Source: Vicugna vicugna (lineage: Eukaryota). Taken from it: DNA of 64,000 bases. The stretch lies in contig MU058475.1 of assembly GCA_013265495.1 (NCBI GenBank), positions 310,001-374,000 of the forward strand. The letters run 5' to 3'. A model generated the notes under the pieces. It saw only the letters and a list, made by a program, of their open reading frames with translations, was not told the DNA's origin and searched no databases. A program made the position numbers and the translations under genes. Below are positions 13,955-25,813 of the stretch, piece after piece (the stretch's first letter is position 1; each line of letters begins with the position of its first letter).

Positions 13955-14152
13955 CTTTTTTACCTGTATATATATTTTTATTGACGTGTAGTCAGTTTAC
14001 AATGTTGTGTCAATTTCTGCTGTACAGCACTGTGCTTCAGTCAAACGTGAACATACATATATTCATTTTCACGTTCCTTTTCGCCTAAGTTGGTTACAAG
14101 ATATTGAACACAGTTCGCTGTGCTATACACTATGAACTTGTTGTTTATTTTA
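13955..14152 (-). mobile_element. Short young L1 3' end
   Basis: TTTTAATTGACGTGTAGTCAGTTTACAATGTTGTGTCAATTTCTG motif, shared with copies at 26.4, 43.3, 55.0, 60.3 and 63.5 kb. Confidence 0.85.
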
Positions 14153-14329
14153 CATATTCTATCTCTTTTTATTCTTTTTGTTTATTAATTTTTTTATCCC
14201 TGATCTTTTTGTTTTAAAAGGATTTGAGAAGTCTCAGAGGTAAACTGTGCTATCTTAATAGAAATAGAGCTTATTTTTGTCCCTCCAAATGAGGAAAAAG
14301 AAGAACAGGGTTCCTGTGGGCAGCCACCC

Positions 14330-14750
14330 ATCAGCATTGCCCTCGTCTGTCTACGCCTCGCGTATTTGCTCTCCTTTCCCGGTGGCTTCCTGTTCCCCGC
14401 CCTCCGCGCCCCGCCCCTTGCCCCGCCCCCTGTGCTCCCACCACTCAGACCCGCGATGCATCTGTCAGCGCCGCACCCATGCGGTGCTTTCACCACATCC
14501 CTCACCCAAGCTGATTAGATGGGACTTTAGGGGGAGAGTCTTTACTGACGCAAGAGCAGCATCTGAGATTATCTTCAGCTCCTTTTGGTTAGAGGCACCA
14601 AAACTCACCCGTATCTCATTTTCGCTGTGGGGAGGAGCGCTGAGGGCATTCCGAGGACGCAGCGCTGTACCAGGCGAGGGTGTGTCCGTGAGGCCAAAGC
14701 CCTGGCCAAGCGCCATCCGGCTCTTCCTTCCATCCTTTCTGGGTCGCTGC
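14330..14750. promoter_or_regulatory. CpG/GC-rich promoter-like patch with three GC boxes and a minus-strand G4 motif
   Basis: CCCCGCCCTCCGCGCCCCGCCCCTTGCCCCGCCCCC at 14395-14430; half-CRE TGACG near 14545; locally high CpG. Confidence 0.5.
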
Positions 14751-14996
14751 ATTTTTCATTTCTCTCCCTTCCTGTTTCTTTTTCTCCTCTTCCCCTTTTT
14801 CTCTCCTAAATCACAAGTTTAATTTTCATAGCCACGTAAGTTACATCATCTAAAATGAAATCTGCATACATTTTAACATTCTACACTTCAGTCCAACCCA
14901 AGTCAGAACACAGGTTGAAGGGAAGTAAGTCCTGTCCCTTCCAAGACGCTGCATGTCTTTTCAATTAAGGATCGGCGTTTCCTTCTATTTGTGGGG

Positions 14997-15023
14997 TTTT
15001 TTTTTTTTTACTTCTTTCTTTCT

Positions 15024-15099
<76 letters not shown>

Positions 15100-15168
15100 T
15101 CCTTCCTTCCTTCCTTCCTTCTTTCTTTCCTTCATTCCTTCTTTCTTTCCTTCTTTCTTTCTTTTTTT
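14997..15168. repeat. (TTTC)n/(TTCC)n microsatellite expanded from the SINE tail
   Basis: Direct reading; contiguous with the antisense SINE. Confidence 0.95.
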
Positions 15169-15281
15169 TGGTCGGGGGAGGTAATTAGGTTTATTTATTT
15201 ATTTAATGGAGAGACTGGGGATTGAACCCAGGACCTCTTTCATGCTAAGCACGTGCTCCACCACTGAGCTATACCCTCCCC
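15169..15281 (-). mobile_element. tRNA-derived camelid-type SINE
   Basis: GGGGATTGAACCCAGGACCTC...CCACTGAGCTATACCCTCCCC. Confidence 0.9.
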
Positions 15282-17384
15282 TCTCCCCTCAGCTTTTCCT
15301 CCTTAAAATACTTGACAAGTAACTTCCACAACATTCTGACCAGGTAAGTGTTGCCGTCTTGGCTTTGCGGATGGGGAAAAGCAAGCCATAGCTTGTTGGA
15401 GGCAACATGGAACAGACTATCCATTGAGAATAAAACACAGAAACGCTTGGATTCTCCCAGCATAACTCAGACAGCAGAGGAGGGTGTGTGGGAGTAGGCA
15501 CCACTGCGATCCCGGCCCCAGTGCAGCCAGTCCAAGCCGCATCTCCTGCTCCAGGAAACAGCTCCTTCCTGTGGTTAACAGGTGAGCAATGGCAGCTCCG
15601 CACTCCCATGTGTTTAGAAGATTCTGGGCTTGATGAGGCTAAATAGGTCTCCTTTCTACGGGACTCTCAGCCTTAACAGGCAGGTACCTCCTGAGCTGGC
15701 CTGAGGAGTTGCACAGAAGGCTGCATCTCTCTGCAGGGCGCCTCCCACCCACCCACCATTCTATTAGCATCTCCAGAATGTTTTGTGGCACATAGCTTAG
15801 AGGAATGTTTATTGACGTATCTCTTTTCAAAAATCAGTGTTATCATCACCAGTAGAAAAAATAGGTGTTTAAAAACTCTTAGCCTTGGGGAAGAGGGACT
15901 AAGTTTTGATGTAGCCATGCCCAGCGAGCTCTCCTTGATTCATCAGGTAAGGAAGAATGGGTGGGGCACACTCGCCTCCATCCTGAGACTGCTCTGTTCT
16001 TTCCGGATCCGGATCCGTGGATAAAAAGGAGGGAACCAAGGACAGTGGGCCAGGTAAGGAGAAGCCGCTGCTTGGACACCGGGCTTGAGGACACCCGAGC
16101 GTGTCTACTTCTTGGGCGTTGCCCATGGAGCTTGGAAGAAATAAGCCCCAGGGCCCCCTTGGCTCTTCTACATCATTGGGTGAATAGACCATCACTGTTT
16201 GCAATGTTAACTCAAGAAGCCCCTGACCAACAGTGCATTAGCCAAAGTGATGGTGGTTAGGAGGCGGACATCCAAGTTCTAGGGCACAGAGGACAGCTGT
16301 GGTCTGTCGGCAGGCATCCATGGAGACCAACTGGCCTATTTGTAAAGGGAGATCCGGCTCAGACCTCCGCGGGACCAGCCAACTGCTCTTGCTGCCGTGC
16401 ACTTTTCTCGCAGATGCCTGTCTCCTAGCAAGTGCTTCCATGCTGGAAATGGGAAAACCCTGTCGTGCCATGGCATTAAATTCAAGCACTTCTCCAACTG
16501 GGGTGCACATGCCCCGAGGAGGGGGTGTGTACAAAGTCATAGGACAAACAGGTAAGAATTTTACCTGTAGATTTTAAAAAAAGGTATTTTTATATGAAAC
16601 CAAACGTATTATGGGCTAACATGAAAAAGTCATGAGTTTTCAAGATGCAATACGGGGCCTCAAAGACGGGAACAGGGTAAGGGGTTAGCTCTCATCTACC
16701 TTTAGGGCCTCTTACATTTAAAAAACTTGGTATTTTTCTATCTAGTCCAATAAGCATTTTATAACTGAAGAAACTGAGGCTCAGAAAGATTAAATATCTT
16801 GTCCTGATCTCCCAGCTGGGAAGACAATGTTAGTTGCCTACCAAATATCCAGTATTCAGCCCCATGTCTCTACCTGCCCTGCCACTCTCCCTTGTTTTGT
16901 TTTTTTTAACTACGTAACACGAGTTATATTCAGGGCAGCAGCGTGTCCAGCTGAAAATACTTGCCCTCTCAGAACTCCTTATGGTTAGGAATAGCCGCCC
17001 AATACGGTTCTGTCCAATGGCCTAACCTGTGGCCCCTCACTCCCTGGGGGGCTTGTCGGGGATTTTACGCCTAGAGAAACACTGAGAAGCACTGCTCTCT
17101 CCCTCTTGGGCCCCTTTTTGTTTACTGAGAGCTGTGAGTATTTTTAACCCTGTGAATATGGCCAGCTCTTCTGACAGTGACTATCTCACCCATTTTCAGT
17201 TCCTATCCCTGTAGGATGAGTCTTCGTGGGTAGTTTCCGGATTTAGACTCTGATGGACCAAATAAAAATGCTTTCTTTCTTTCTTTCTTTTTATAAAGGA
17301 TTTTTTTTTGAGAATTTCTGGAACTATTTGTTTTTCTGACTTGGATGTCTCCTTTTTCTTTTTTATTCTTCCTTCATATTTCTG

Positions 17385-17640
17385 TCCAAAACATGGGTGT
17401 GAGGTCTGGAGATGCAGCAGCCATTTTGTGATAAGAGGAAATAGCTTAAGGACGAATGCCAGCATGCTGGGATGGTGAAACAGGAAGATAGAATGATCCT
17501 TGGTCTTCAACTGCGTTGAAGCAGCTGCTCCAACACTGGACTGCCCAGATTCAGACTCTGTGACATGTGAGAACCATTAACACTTGTTTTTGAAGTCCCT
17601 TTAATTAGATTTCCATTAGAGGCCAGTGAATTCCTGCCTG
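17385..17640 (+). mobile_element. Old MaLR LTR (MLT1J/K-like) fragment
   Basis: CTGGAGATGCAGCAGCCATTTTGTGA...AGCAGCTGC...ACTGGACTGCC. Confidence 0.55.
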
Positions 17641-19856
17641 ATATGCTCAGGCAGCTTGTCTGGGCTAGCAAAGGTTTGGGGTCTTATAAAAAATGTATAG
17701 CTCTGTAAATATACTTACAGAGGATTTTGTTTATAGAAACTTACAGATTATAAAACAGTCAAAAGATTAATAGTAGTGATGACAAGATTTCTAATTAATA
17801 TTCTTTCATTTGTACATGGTATACAAGATTATAATTCAATATGATTTCGAATAAAACTATTAACTATTGTATGGACTGTAACATTTTTGACATGCTTTAT
17901 GATGTGTTGAGTGGCTTCCTTCGTCGCATGCACTCTATCATCTAGACGAAGCCACAAGGAATTCCTGAGGGCATGAGAGGGTGGGCACCCAATCTGAGAT
18001 CCCTAAGGTAGGGAAGAAGGAAGCTGGGATGGAGAGAGATCGCTCACCCCCTCCAGACAGGAAGGGAAGGTGGACAGCCTTTGGCTTGGAGCAAAAGAGT
18101 TGTAACTATCAATGGTGAGGGACCGGACTCTTCCCTCTGGGGAGGCCAAGGGAGACTGTGGTGAAAGGGGGCCATCCCCGAGAGACCAAAAGAAGAGAGC
18201 TTCCCCCTTGCTCTTTCTACAGGACTCTGCAATAGCATCGTACCCTACTGCATCATGGGAGGCCACGGCAAAAGAAATGGTGGAGTGATGTAGTCAAGGC
18301 AGGGAGAGCTGGGGGGAGCATGTTGATTTGTGGTTGGAAGGAGGCTGAGAGTGAGAGCTGGGGCTGGTGTGGAGCCTGCAGAAAAGCTGCAGTGGTGAGG
18401 GAGGAGGTGACCCCTTAGTGGAGGTTGTAGGGTGATGGCCGAAGCCAGGCCTGGCAGGGGCATATGGCTGGCGTTAGAGGTGGCAGAAATAAGGCTAGGT
18501 TGGTAAGAGGGACTCACTGGGTGCAATCTGTGTGAGGGACCGAGCACAGCCTCTCCGCAGCAGACCTGAGCAGCACGTGCCTGTGGGATGTGTCTGGATG
18601 GGGCCCAGGAATGTTCCTGAAGAGGCCTGCAGGGCCCAGAGAACACACACACCATCTCTGTGGGCCTGAGGCCTGTCCTCACCACCCTGCAGATGTGTCT
18701 GCTTCCCCAGCAGACTCCCAGATGAGCTGGGGAGAGGATGAGTGGGGGAACTCCAAGGATGGGGCATTTATCTCAAAGAAACCCAGTTGCTCTAAGAAAG
18801 ACAGCTTGAAACTAACCAATCTGAGCCTCCTTTATCTGGTGAATTTCAGTCCCTTGCCTCTAGCCCTGACCTTCACAGCCCCAACCTTGAACGGGCATGG
18901 GGGCGTCAGAAAATGGTGGAAGCAGTTCTGGGAAAATCAGCATGCCGTTGTTTTTTCTGCATACCTGAGGTTGGTGTGGAAAATTTTCAGCCCAGCACAC
19001 AATCTTCCTTCATTGAGGGCTCTGGCACGAAATAAAGTGGAAAGATAAGAAGGAAAGCAGGAAAACGCAATTCCTTTCCCCAGCCCGCAGCCAAAAGGGA
19101 GATCTGGTGGGCTCGGGAGCAGGTGTCCCAGAGGCAGGCATGGTGGACAGCAGGTTTGATCCTCTGGCCCGGCAAACAGAAGACAGGGCTGTCCTCGCGA
19201 AGGACCAGAGGGGCAAGGTCAGGGCTGTCCTGTGCCCTGGTTGGCTTTGAAAGGCTTATTCCCTCTTTGGAAGTCAGAGGCACCCAAGCCCAAGGCGGGA
19301 GAAAGGAAAGCTGGGTTCTCACGACTGCTGGGCCCTCTTGGCTGCACTGCATCTTTGTGCAGCCGTGAGGCCAGTGCCTCTGCTGTCCCAGCCCCAGCCC
19401 TGCATCGCCATGGTAACAATCTTGACCTCCTGGCATTGGCAGTGCCTTTTCTCGAAAGGGCCTCTGCGCTTTACTTATCCATCCCATCCCTTGTCATGGC
19501 CTCCTTACAGTGCTCAGGGCTACCTGGGTTCCACTCTGACTAACACCTGAGTCAGAGCTCCCTCAACCCTCCAGGTGAAAACAAAACAGAAATAAAACTC
19601 AAAGGCCAGGCTCCAATCTAGCTCAGTGTTTGCTGGCCTGTGACGGGGAGAAGGAGGTGGTGCTCTGGGCTCCGGCCCAGAGTGTGTCCTTGAGTCGCCA
19701 CTGAAACTTGCTCCAGGTCACAGCAGATGTGGGCCGGCCCATGGCTCCAAAACTGGGATTGCTGCCCAAGGTGGCTCAGCAGTTAGGGTGATGCTGTTGA
19801 CATTTAAGGGGAGACTCAAATGCAGAGCAGAAATCCAGGGGGCCAGGAGGCACATG

Positions 19857-20610
19857 AATAAATGCTGGAGAGGCTGTGGACAAAGGGGGCCCTCCTACAC
19901 TGCTGGGCGGGAATGTAAACTGGTGCAGCCACTGTGGGGAACAGTATGGAGGTTCCTCAAAAAACTGAAAATAGACTTACCATATGGTCCAGCAGTCCCA
20001 CTTCTGGGCAAATATTTGGATAAAACTTAACCTGAAAAGATACAAGCACCCAATGTTCATAGCAGCCCTATTTATAACAGCCAAGACATGAAAGCAACCT
20101 AAATGTCCATTGACAGGTGAATGGGTAAAGAAGATGGGGTATATGGAAATACAGTGAAATATTACTCAGCCATAAAAAAGAATGAAATAATGCCATTGGC
20201 AGCAACATGAGGGACCTAGAAATGATCTTATTAAGTGAAGTTAAGTAAGACAAAGACAAATACTATATATCACTTATATGTGGAATCTAAAAAAAAATGA
20301 ACTTATTTACAAACCAGAAATAGATTCACAGTCATAGAAAACAAACTATGGTTACAAAGAGGAAAGTGTGAGGTGGGAGGGATAAACTGGGAGTTAGGGA
20401 TTTGCAGATACTAACTACTATGTATAAAACAGATAACAAGGACCTACTGTATAAGACGGGGAATTGTATTAAATATTGTGAAATAACCTATAATGGAAAA
20501 GAATATGAAAAGGAATACATATAGATAAGTGTATGTATGATTGAAACACTTTGCTGTATACCTTAACTAACACAACATTGTAAATCAACTATACCTCAAT
20601 TAAAAAAAAA
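19857..20610 (+). mobile_element. 5'-truncated young L1 (ORF2 end plus 3' UTR)
   Basis: Remnant [43 protein letters not shown] is the L1 ORF2p C-terminus; A-tail; probable TSD AGACT(C/T)AAATGCA at 19812-19824 and 20625-20637. Confidence 0.92.
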
Positions 20611-21059
20611 GAGAGAGAGAGAGAAGACTTAAATGCACTGTGAATCTTCTCAAAGAGAAAAGGGGACTTTGAGATCCTATGACCCCACGCTTCACCTGCA
20701 GACAAGAACCTAAGGACCGCTTAGGTTACATGACCAGCCGACAGACCAGAGACGACAGGACCAGACCTGGCAGGCTTCTCTGCCTGTCCCTGCTCCACCA
20801 CGGTTGCAATGCTTGCATGTCTTTGGAGCTAATCTTTGGCTGGAGTTTGGTTTCAACCCCGGGCAGGAGGGTGACCCGTGCCTGACCCGTTCTCTTTAGC
20901 GCTGGCTTCTTTTTCAGCAACGCCAGAAGATTGTCTCTGGGAAGCAATTCTTGGAAGAAACAGAAAATGCCAGCACCGCTGATTGGGCCACCCTGACAGT
21001 GGTACCTAAATGCTACGCATGCATTATTAATTTTACGCCCTCAGTGGTAGACTGTGCAC

Positions 21060-21350
21060 TCCCATGAGGCGCCAGAGTCACTGCTTCAAAAGGCGTGCTG
21101 AGAACCGGGCTCGCCAGGGCGAGGAGCCGGCCCCCGTCCACTCGCCCCCTTGCTGCCCGGCCGGGATCGTGCGCCTGCGCGTTGCCGTGGCGCCCCTCCT
21201 CCAGGGGAAGATGGAAAGGTGGGATGCGCAGCGGGACAGGCTGCTCCCGGTATCCCCCCTGCGCGGTCGGAGGCCACTAGGTGTCCGCACGGGATTAATG
21301 CCCCACCAGGACTTTGGGCTGCGGGTGGGAGCGGTTAGCTGCAGGTTGTC
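21060..21350 (+). promoter_or_regulatory. CpG-rich promoter-like patch with adjacent NRF1 and RFX (X-box) motifs
   Basis: TGCGCCTGCGC at 21170-21180 directly followed by GTTGCCGTGGCGCC at 21181-21194; Kozak-context ATG (GAAGATGG) at 21211. Confidence 0.55.
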
Positions 21351-21890
21351 CCAGCGTTTCTTTGTCTTGTCACATAGGTGTTCACTCATTACTGAAAAAA
21401 GAAATGCCCCCGGAGATAATGACCCAGTGCTAAAGTAAAGGACATCGGAAAATGCTGCTCCTTTATTCATTTTCTTTGTGACTGAATCGCTGTAGGTACG
21501 TGGGCCTGTCTTGCTCTAAACTGCTTTACAGAATGGAGACTTGTGGCTGATACTGCCGATCTATACTCTAGGAAGATATTTGGAGGGGATCCTGCTAGGA
21601 CAATTCTTGGAGTGTCTTTATATATTTATGGGATGCCTAACTCCAGCCCAAGAATCTCTGCCGTCATGGGGCTGATGCTCCAACAAGGTGGTGACCCAAG
21701 AACAGATAAACCTGCAAGACAGGCAGGGGCCAGAGAGAGGCACAAGGCTCTCCTTGAGAGGAGCAGGGCTGACCACGCATGTGTTGCAAGGAATTGGGGG
21801 TGCCCCACAGAGAAGCCCTTGCAGCGTGGATCAGATTTTGACAAACAGGGGTAGTGGAAGAGGGCACTGCGGAAAGAAGGAAGCAGAGAG

Positions 21891-22311
21891 TGCATTAGGA
21901 TTCTCCAGAGAAACAGAACCAAAGGATGTGTGCAAATATATGACACGGGTTGGGGGGAGGGGACTGATTGATTTTAAGGAATTGGCTCACGTGATTGTGG
22001 GGGCCGATGAGTCCAAAATCCACAGAGCAGGAGATGGGCTGGAGACCTAGCAAGAGTTGCAGTTCGAGTCCAAAGGCAGACTGCTAGCAGAATTCCCTCT
22101 TTGGTGGAAGACCTATCTTTTTCCTCAGATCTTTGACTGATTAGACGAGGCCCACCCACATTATGGAGGACAATTTGCTTTACTTGAATTCCACTGATTT
22201 CAACATGAATTTTGCCCCCAAAATTCTTTAACAGAAACATCCAGAATAACATTTGATCAAGTATTTGGGCACTGTGGCCCAGCCATATGGACACATAAAG
22301 TCAACCATTAC
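21891..22311. mobile_element. MLT2-type ERVL LTR
   Basis: TTCTCCAGAGAAACAGAACCAA, TTTTAAGGAATTGGCTCACGTGATTGTGG, GAGGCCCACCCACATTATGGAGG and GACACATAAAGTCAACCAT are MLT2 signatures. Confidence 0.88.
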
Positions 22312-24404
22312 CAAGAAGAAATTTGTGAAGACAGGAAAGTGTGGGTGGTCCGGGTGGGGACTGGAGCAAGTGGTGGGGAGCCCAGGCCTGTGAATGGGGT
22401 GAGGGTGGAGGGTGTGCCTCATGGGGCAAGGTTTGAGAAGAAGGGCGGCAGGAGGGGCTGATTGGTGCTGATGTGGGATAGACCAAGGGGTAGTTGTGGG
22501 GGTGGTTTAAGGAAGAAAGTCACGAACAGTGGAGGTGGAGGCAAACTACAATTAAAGAAAACCTCTATAAGAGCATTTTTACCAAACAGTGCTCCTGTCT
22601 TAACACCACTCACTTTTCCTGAGGGGCCTGAGAAGCAGCCTCCAGATTCTTCCATCTCTTCCCACATCATCACAAGACCTTCGTCTCAAGCTTCACGTGC
22701 ACAGACTCTCTTAGATCTTGGTAGCAGGAATGGCTGCACTTCTCTTGAGCAAGTGTTTGTTTCCCTCGTTGAGACATCGTGGTTAGTGATGCTGAGCAGA
22801 GCTTCCTCTTCGCGTTAGCTGCCAAGCATCTTGAAACCAAAACCTGGAGGTCTGCTTTAACAAGGGACATACATCATGGTCCATGTGTTTGGTATCATAT
22901 CTTACTTTTCTTTATCTTATTTTTCTTGTCCTCATTTTCTTTCCCTCCTTTCCTCACTTACTTGTGTTTAAGTCTTGTTATGACGTGTACACCTTTGCAA
23001 GTTACTTCAAGTCCTCTTTGGAATGATGCAGAATATCCTTAGATGAGATGGAGATTAATGACCGACTGGACTCAGCAACTGATGGAAAGACTTTGGAGTC
23101 GAAAATGATTCCAAACCTACACCAGGGAAAGGAAAATCTGCAGGCGGGCTGGTCTGAATATGAGTTCCATTTTAAGAGAGAGAGGAGTTCTGCTAGACTT
23201 TGCCAATCCCAGCTGCCCCAATGATGTCTGCCCCCTGTGAGCGTCACCCTCCCTGGGCTCCGGATCAGTGAGAGCCAGCAGTGGGCTGGTGTCAATTTGA
23301 AGCCACTTCTTTCCAGAGAGTGGTGTTGAGAACTGATCGGCTCCTCCCCCAGAGTCTGGATGCCTGGTCCTTATGTGTCCTTATGAACACAGACCTTCAG
23401 TCCCTTTGCTCACCCACTGTGTACATAGTACCAGGGCCCTTCTGCTTTCCATGGAGCCCTGATCCTCTGGAAGAATTCCCATCACTCCCTGTACCCCTGG
23501 GCTATGCTTCTGGGGTCCTTCACTTCATCCCAAATGATTCTCCCTGGTTTAGGATCTGGAAGGACCAAAAGTTGCTCTGCCATAACAGAGCATCCTGGCT
23601 ATGAATCCAGGTCCAGATCAGCCTTGAGCCTTCTATGCTGGCTTTGTTCAGGCTTAGGACTGCCTCTCCTCCCCAAGGACGACCCGCCCAAGCTGGCCGG
23701 CTTTCCCAGCCTTCCCGCCACGGTTGCTGCTGAAGTGTCCCTCTTGCTGCCTTCCTGCAGCGCGAGCTTCCAGCATCTCTTGCAACCAGGACCAAGCTGA
23801 GGGTCCCAAGTGTGAGACTCCACAGACAGTCCACACTGAGACGTGTGCCAGGCAGTTAGGGTGTACGAAGCTGCCGAGAGTAGGAGGGGGTGAGTGGTAT
23901 TGATTTAGGAGACATTCTCCTGGGAGGAAGTAATTGTAGACATGAGCAGGAATGAGATTCCTCAAAGACTGATACTGGGGTAAGAAGAGAGGATGAGGAG
24001 ATAACCTCGGGACAGTATCTCTATTACAAGGACAGGAGAAGGAAGGAGGTCAGTAAAGTCGCCTTGGAGGGTGGGATGGAGAAGACCCAAGGAGAACCAG
24101 AGGGGACAGGGGGACGGGAAGCTAAGCAAGGAGGGAGCTCCAGGGAGGAGAAGCAGGAAACAGTGACAAATGCTGCAGAGAGATCGGGGAGGAGGAGGAG
24201 GAGGGAGCATGGTGATGTGGCCACCACAGGGTCCTAGTGAGTTTTCTGGGAGTAGGCACAATTGAATCATGGCAAAAAGTCCAACTGAATAGAATTAAGA
24301 CACAAGGAAGTGCTGAGAAAATAGAGGATTTGTGGAAAGCCTCCAGTTTAAGGAATGCTTTGAAAAGAAGAAGAAAGAGAACTTTCTGTAGACAGGCAGG
24401 TGCC

Positions 24405-24443
<39 letters not shown>
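24405..24443. repeat. (TA)n(CA)n compound microsatellite
   Basis: Direct reading. Confidence 0.9.
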
Positions 24444-24444
<1 letters not shown>

Positions 24445-25279
24445 GCATAGTGCCCCGAAGCCTTTGTTACTGATGTGTTTCATGGCAATTTGAACCTGCA
24501 CCGATCAGGAAGCCTAAATATCCATATTCTTCTTTTGGGGAAAAAGAAGCAAAGCAAGATGTCTCCCTTCAGCAAGCCAGCATGGACGTCTCTCTCCATC
24601 CAAAACCTCCTGATTAAGGGTACGAATCTTAATGCCCTCGAATACTCTGCAAGGAGACCTAGGACTGATTTTTGACTCCTTCAAACAGATAGCTTTCTTG
24701 AACTCTCAGCGAGTTCAAACGAACTCAGTTAATTGGGTGAGAGACATAGTCTTTGTTTCTAGGAGTTTGGCATCCAGGATCTGGATAGAATATCACTTAA
24801 CATTTTCTATATTCTTATGTTGAGTACTTTTATGGGGACAATGGGACAGGATGTTGAGAAAATCAGTGGCATATGGTCATAAAAGTAGAGATCACATCAT
24901 GGAATTAGAAACAAGTAGTTTTTGAATGACTACACAAGAGGAGAATTTGACAATTTAAATTCCTATCCAAAAACATACGTGGTTTTAGCCACTCGAGGGT
25001 AAATCACTTTTAGAGTGACAGAAGACTAGCTGCGGAAGTCTCATCTGAATATAAAGTCTCGTCTGTCTCTAATGCTTGGGGATGTTAAGTCCAGGGAAAT
25101 TGCGGTTTGACGCCTATAAATGGTCTCTCTCTTGTTCGCTGATCAAATTGCTAAATAAACCTAATTTTGAAAGTATTAGCAATGCTTCCACATTTGGAGG
25201 TTTCTTGGTCAAAAATACAGATCTGGGATGAATTTTTTAAAGTTGAGAAACCAAAACTGTGTTTCTTTCTGTTGGCTTC

Positions 25280-25545
25280 CTACAGCCGCGCGCTTTGGAT
25301 CCGAACTCTTGGCGTTGAAGGCCCCTCCTAACCTGTCCTTGCCTCTAGCTCCGCCCCCGCGCCTGGGGGGCGCGCACGTTGCCGCAGGGCTTTCTGTCTG
25401 CTGCCGGTTCCAGCTGGGCCTCCGTGCCTTTGTCTCTGTTGGGTCCAGTCTGGCGATCTTCAAGTCTGAGACGCGCAGGCTGCTCCCCAGTGACCCGTAA
25501 CGGCAAGCACCTGCCCCTTTCGCTCTATCGGAAGCGCTTCACTGT
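25280..25545. promoter_or_regulatory. CpG-rich promoter-like patch
   Basis: GC box CTCCGCCCCC near 25349, GCGCGCAC, half X-box GTTGCC at 25378, MYB-type TAACGG at 25498-25503, ETS-like CGGAAG near 25529. Confidence 0.45.
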
Positions 25546-25813
25546 GGACTCTCTTACTCACATCTCACCCCTGCTTCATTCTGGTCCCATTGTGGCCTGT
25601 ATCTGGCTTCTGTCTCCCCTCCTGTTTTTTTGGGCTCATTAACTGACCCTCATTTTCCAGTTCATCCCTTAGCCATCCCCGGGTGGCTTCAGCAGGGGTG
25701 AACGCTCCGGCTCCTTTGGTCTGATTCTCTCCAACAGGACACCATATCTTAACCCAGGAGCAGTGAGCTCCAAACTACGCGCTGGCCTGCGAGAATACTG
25801 CCCTTGACCCGGC

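Larger units (their letters stand above)
21211..24617 (+). pseudogene. Candidate small multi-exon gene or decayed gene, unidentified
   Basis: Phase-compatible segments 21211-21218, 21378-21434, 23032-23143 and 24486-24617; several splice sites weak or non-canonical; no homologue recognised. Confidence 0.2.

Noticed and set aside
14953..15225. Hydrophobic FFLS-repeat ORFs
   Set aside because: Translation of the (TTTC)n microsatellite
16002..16017. Palindromic CGGATCCGGATCCG
   Set aside because: Explained by slippage of a 6-bp CCGGAT unit; too short to support a functional claim
19788..20030. L1 ORF2-like peptides (also at 5518, 38395 and 45622) as active genes
   Set aside because: Short, truncated, frameshifted fragments of dead L1 copies
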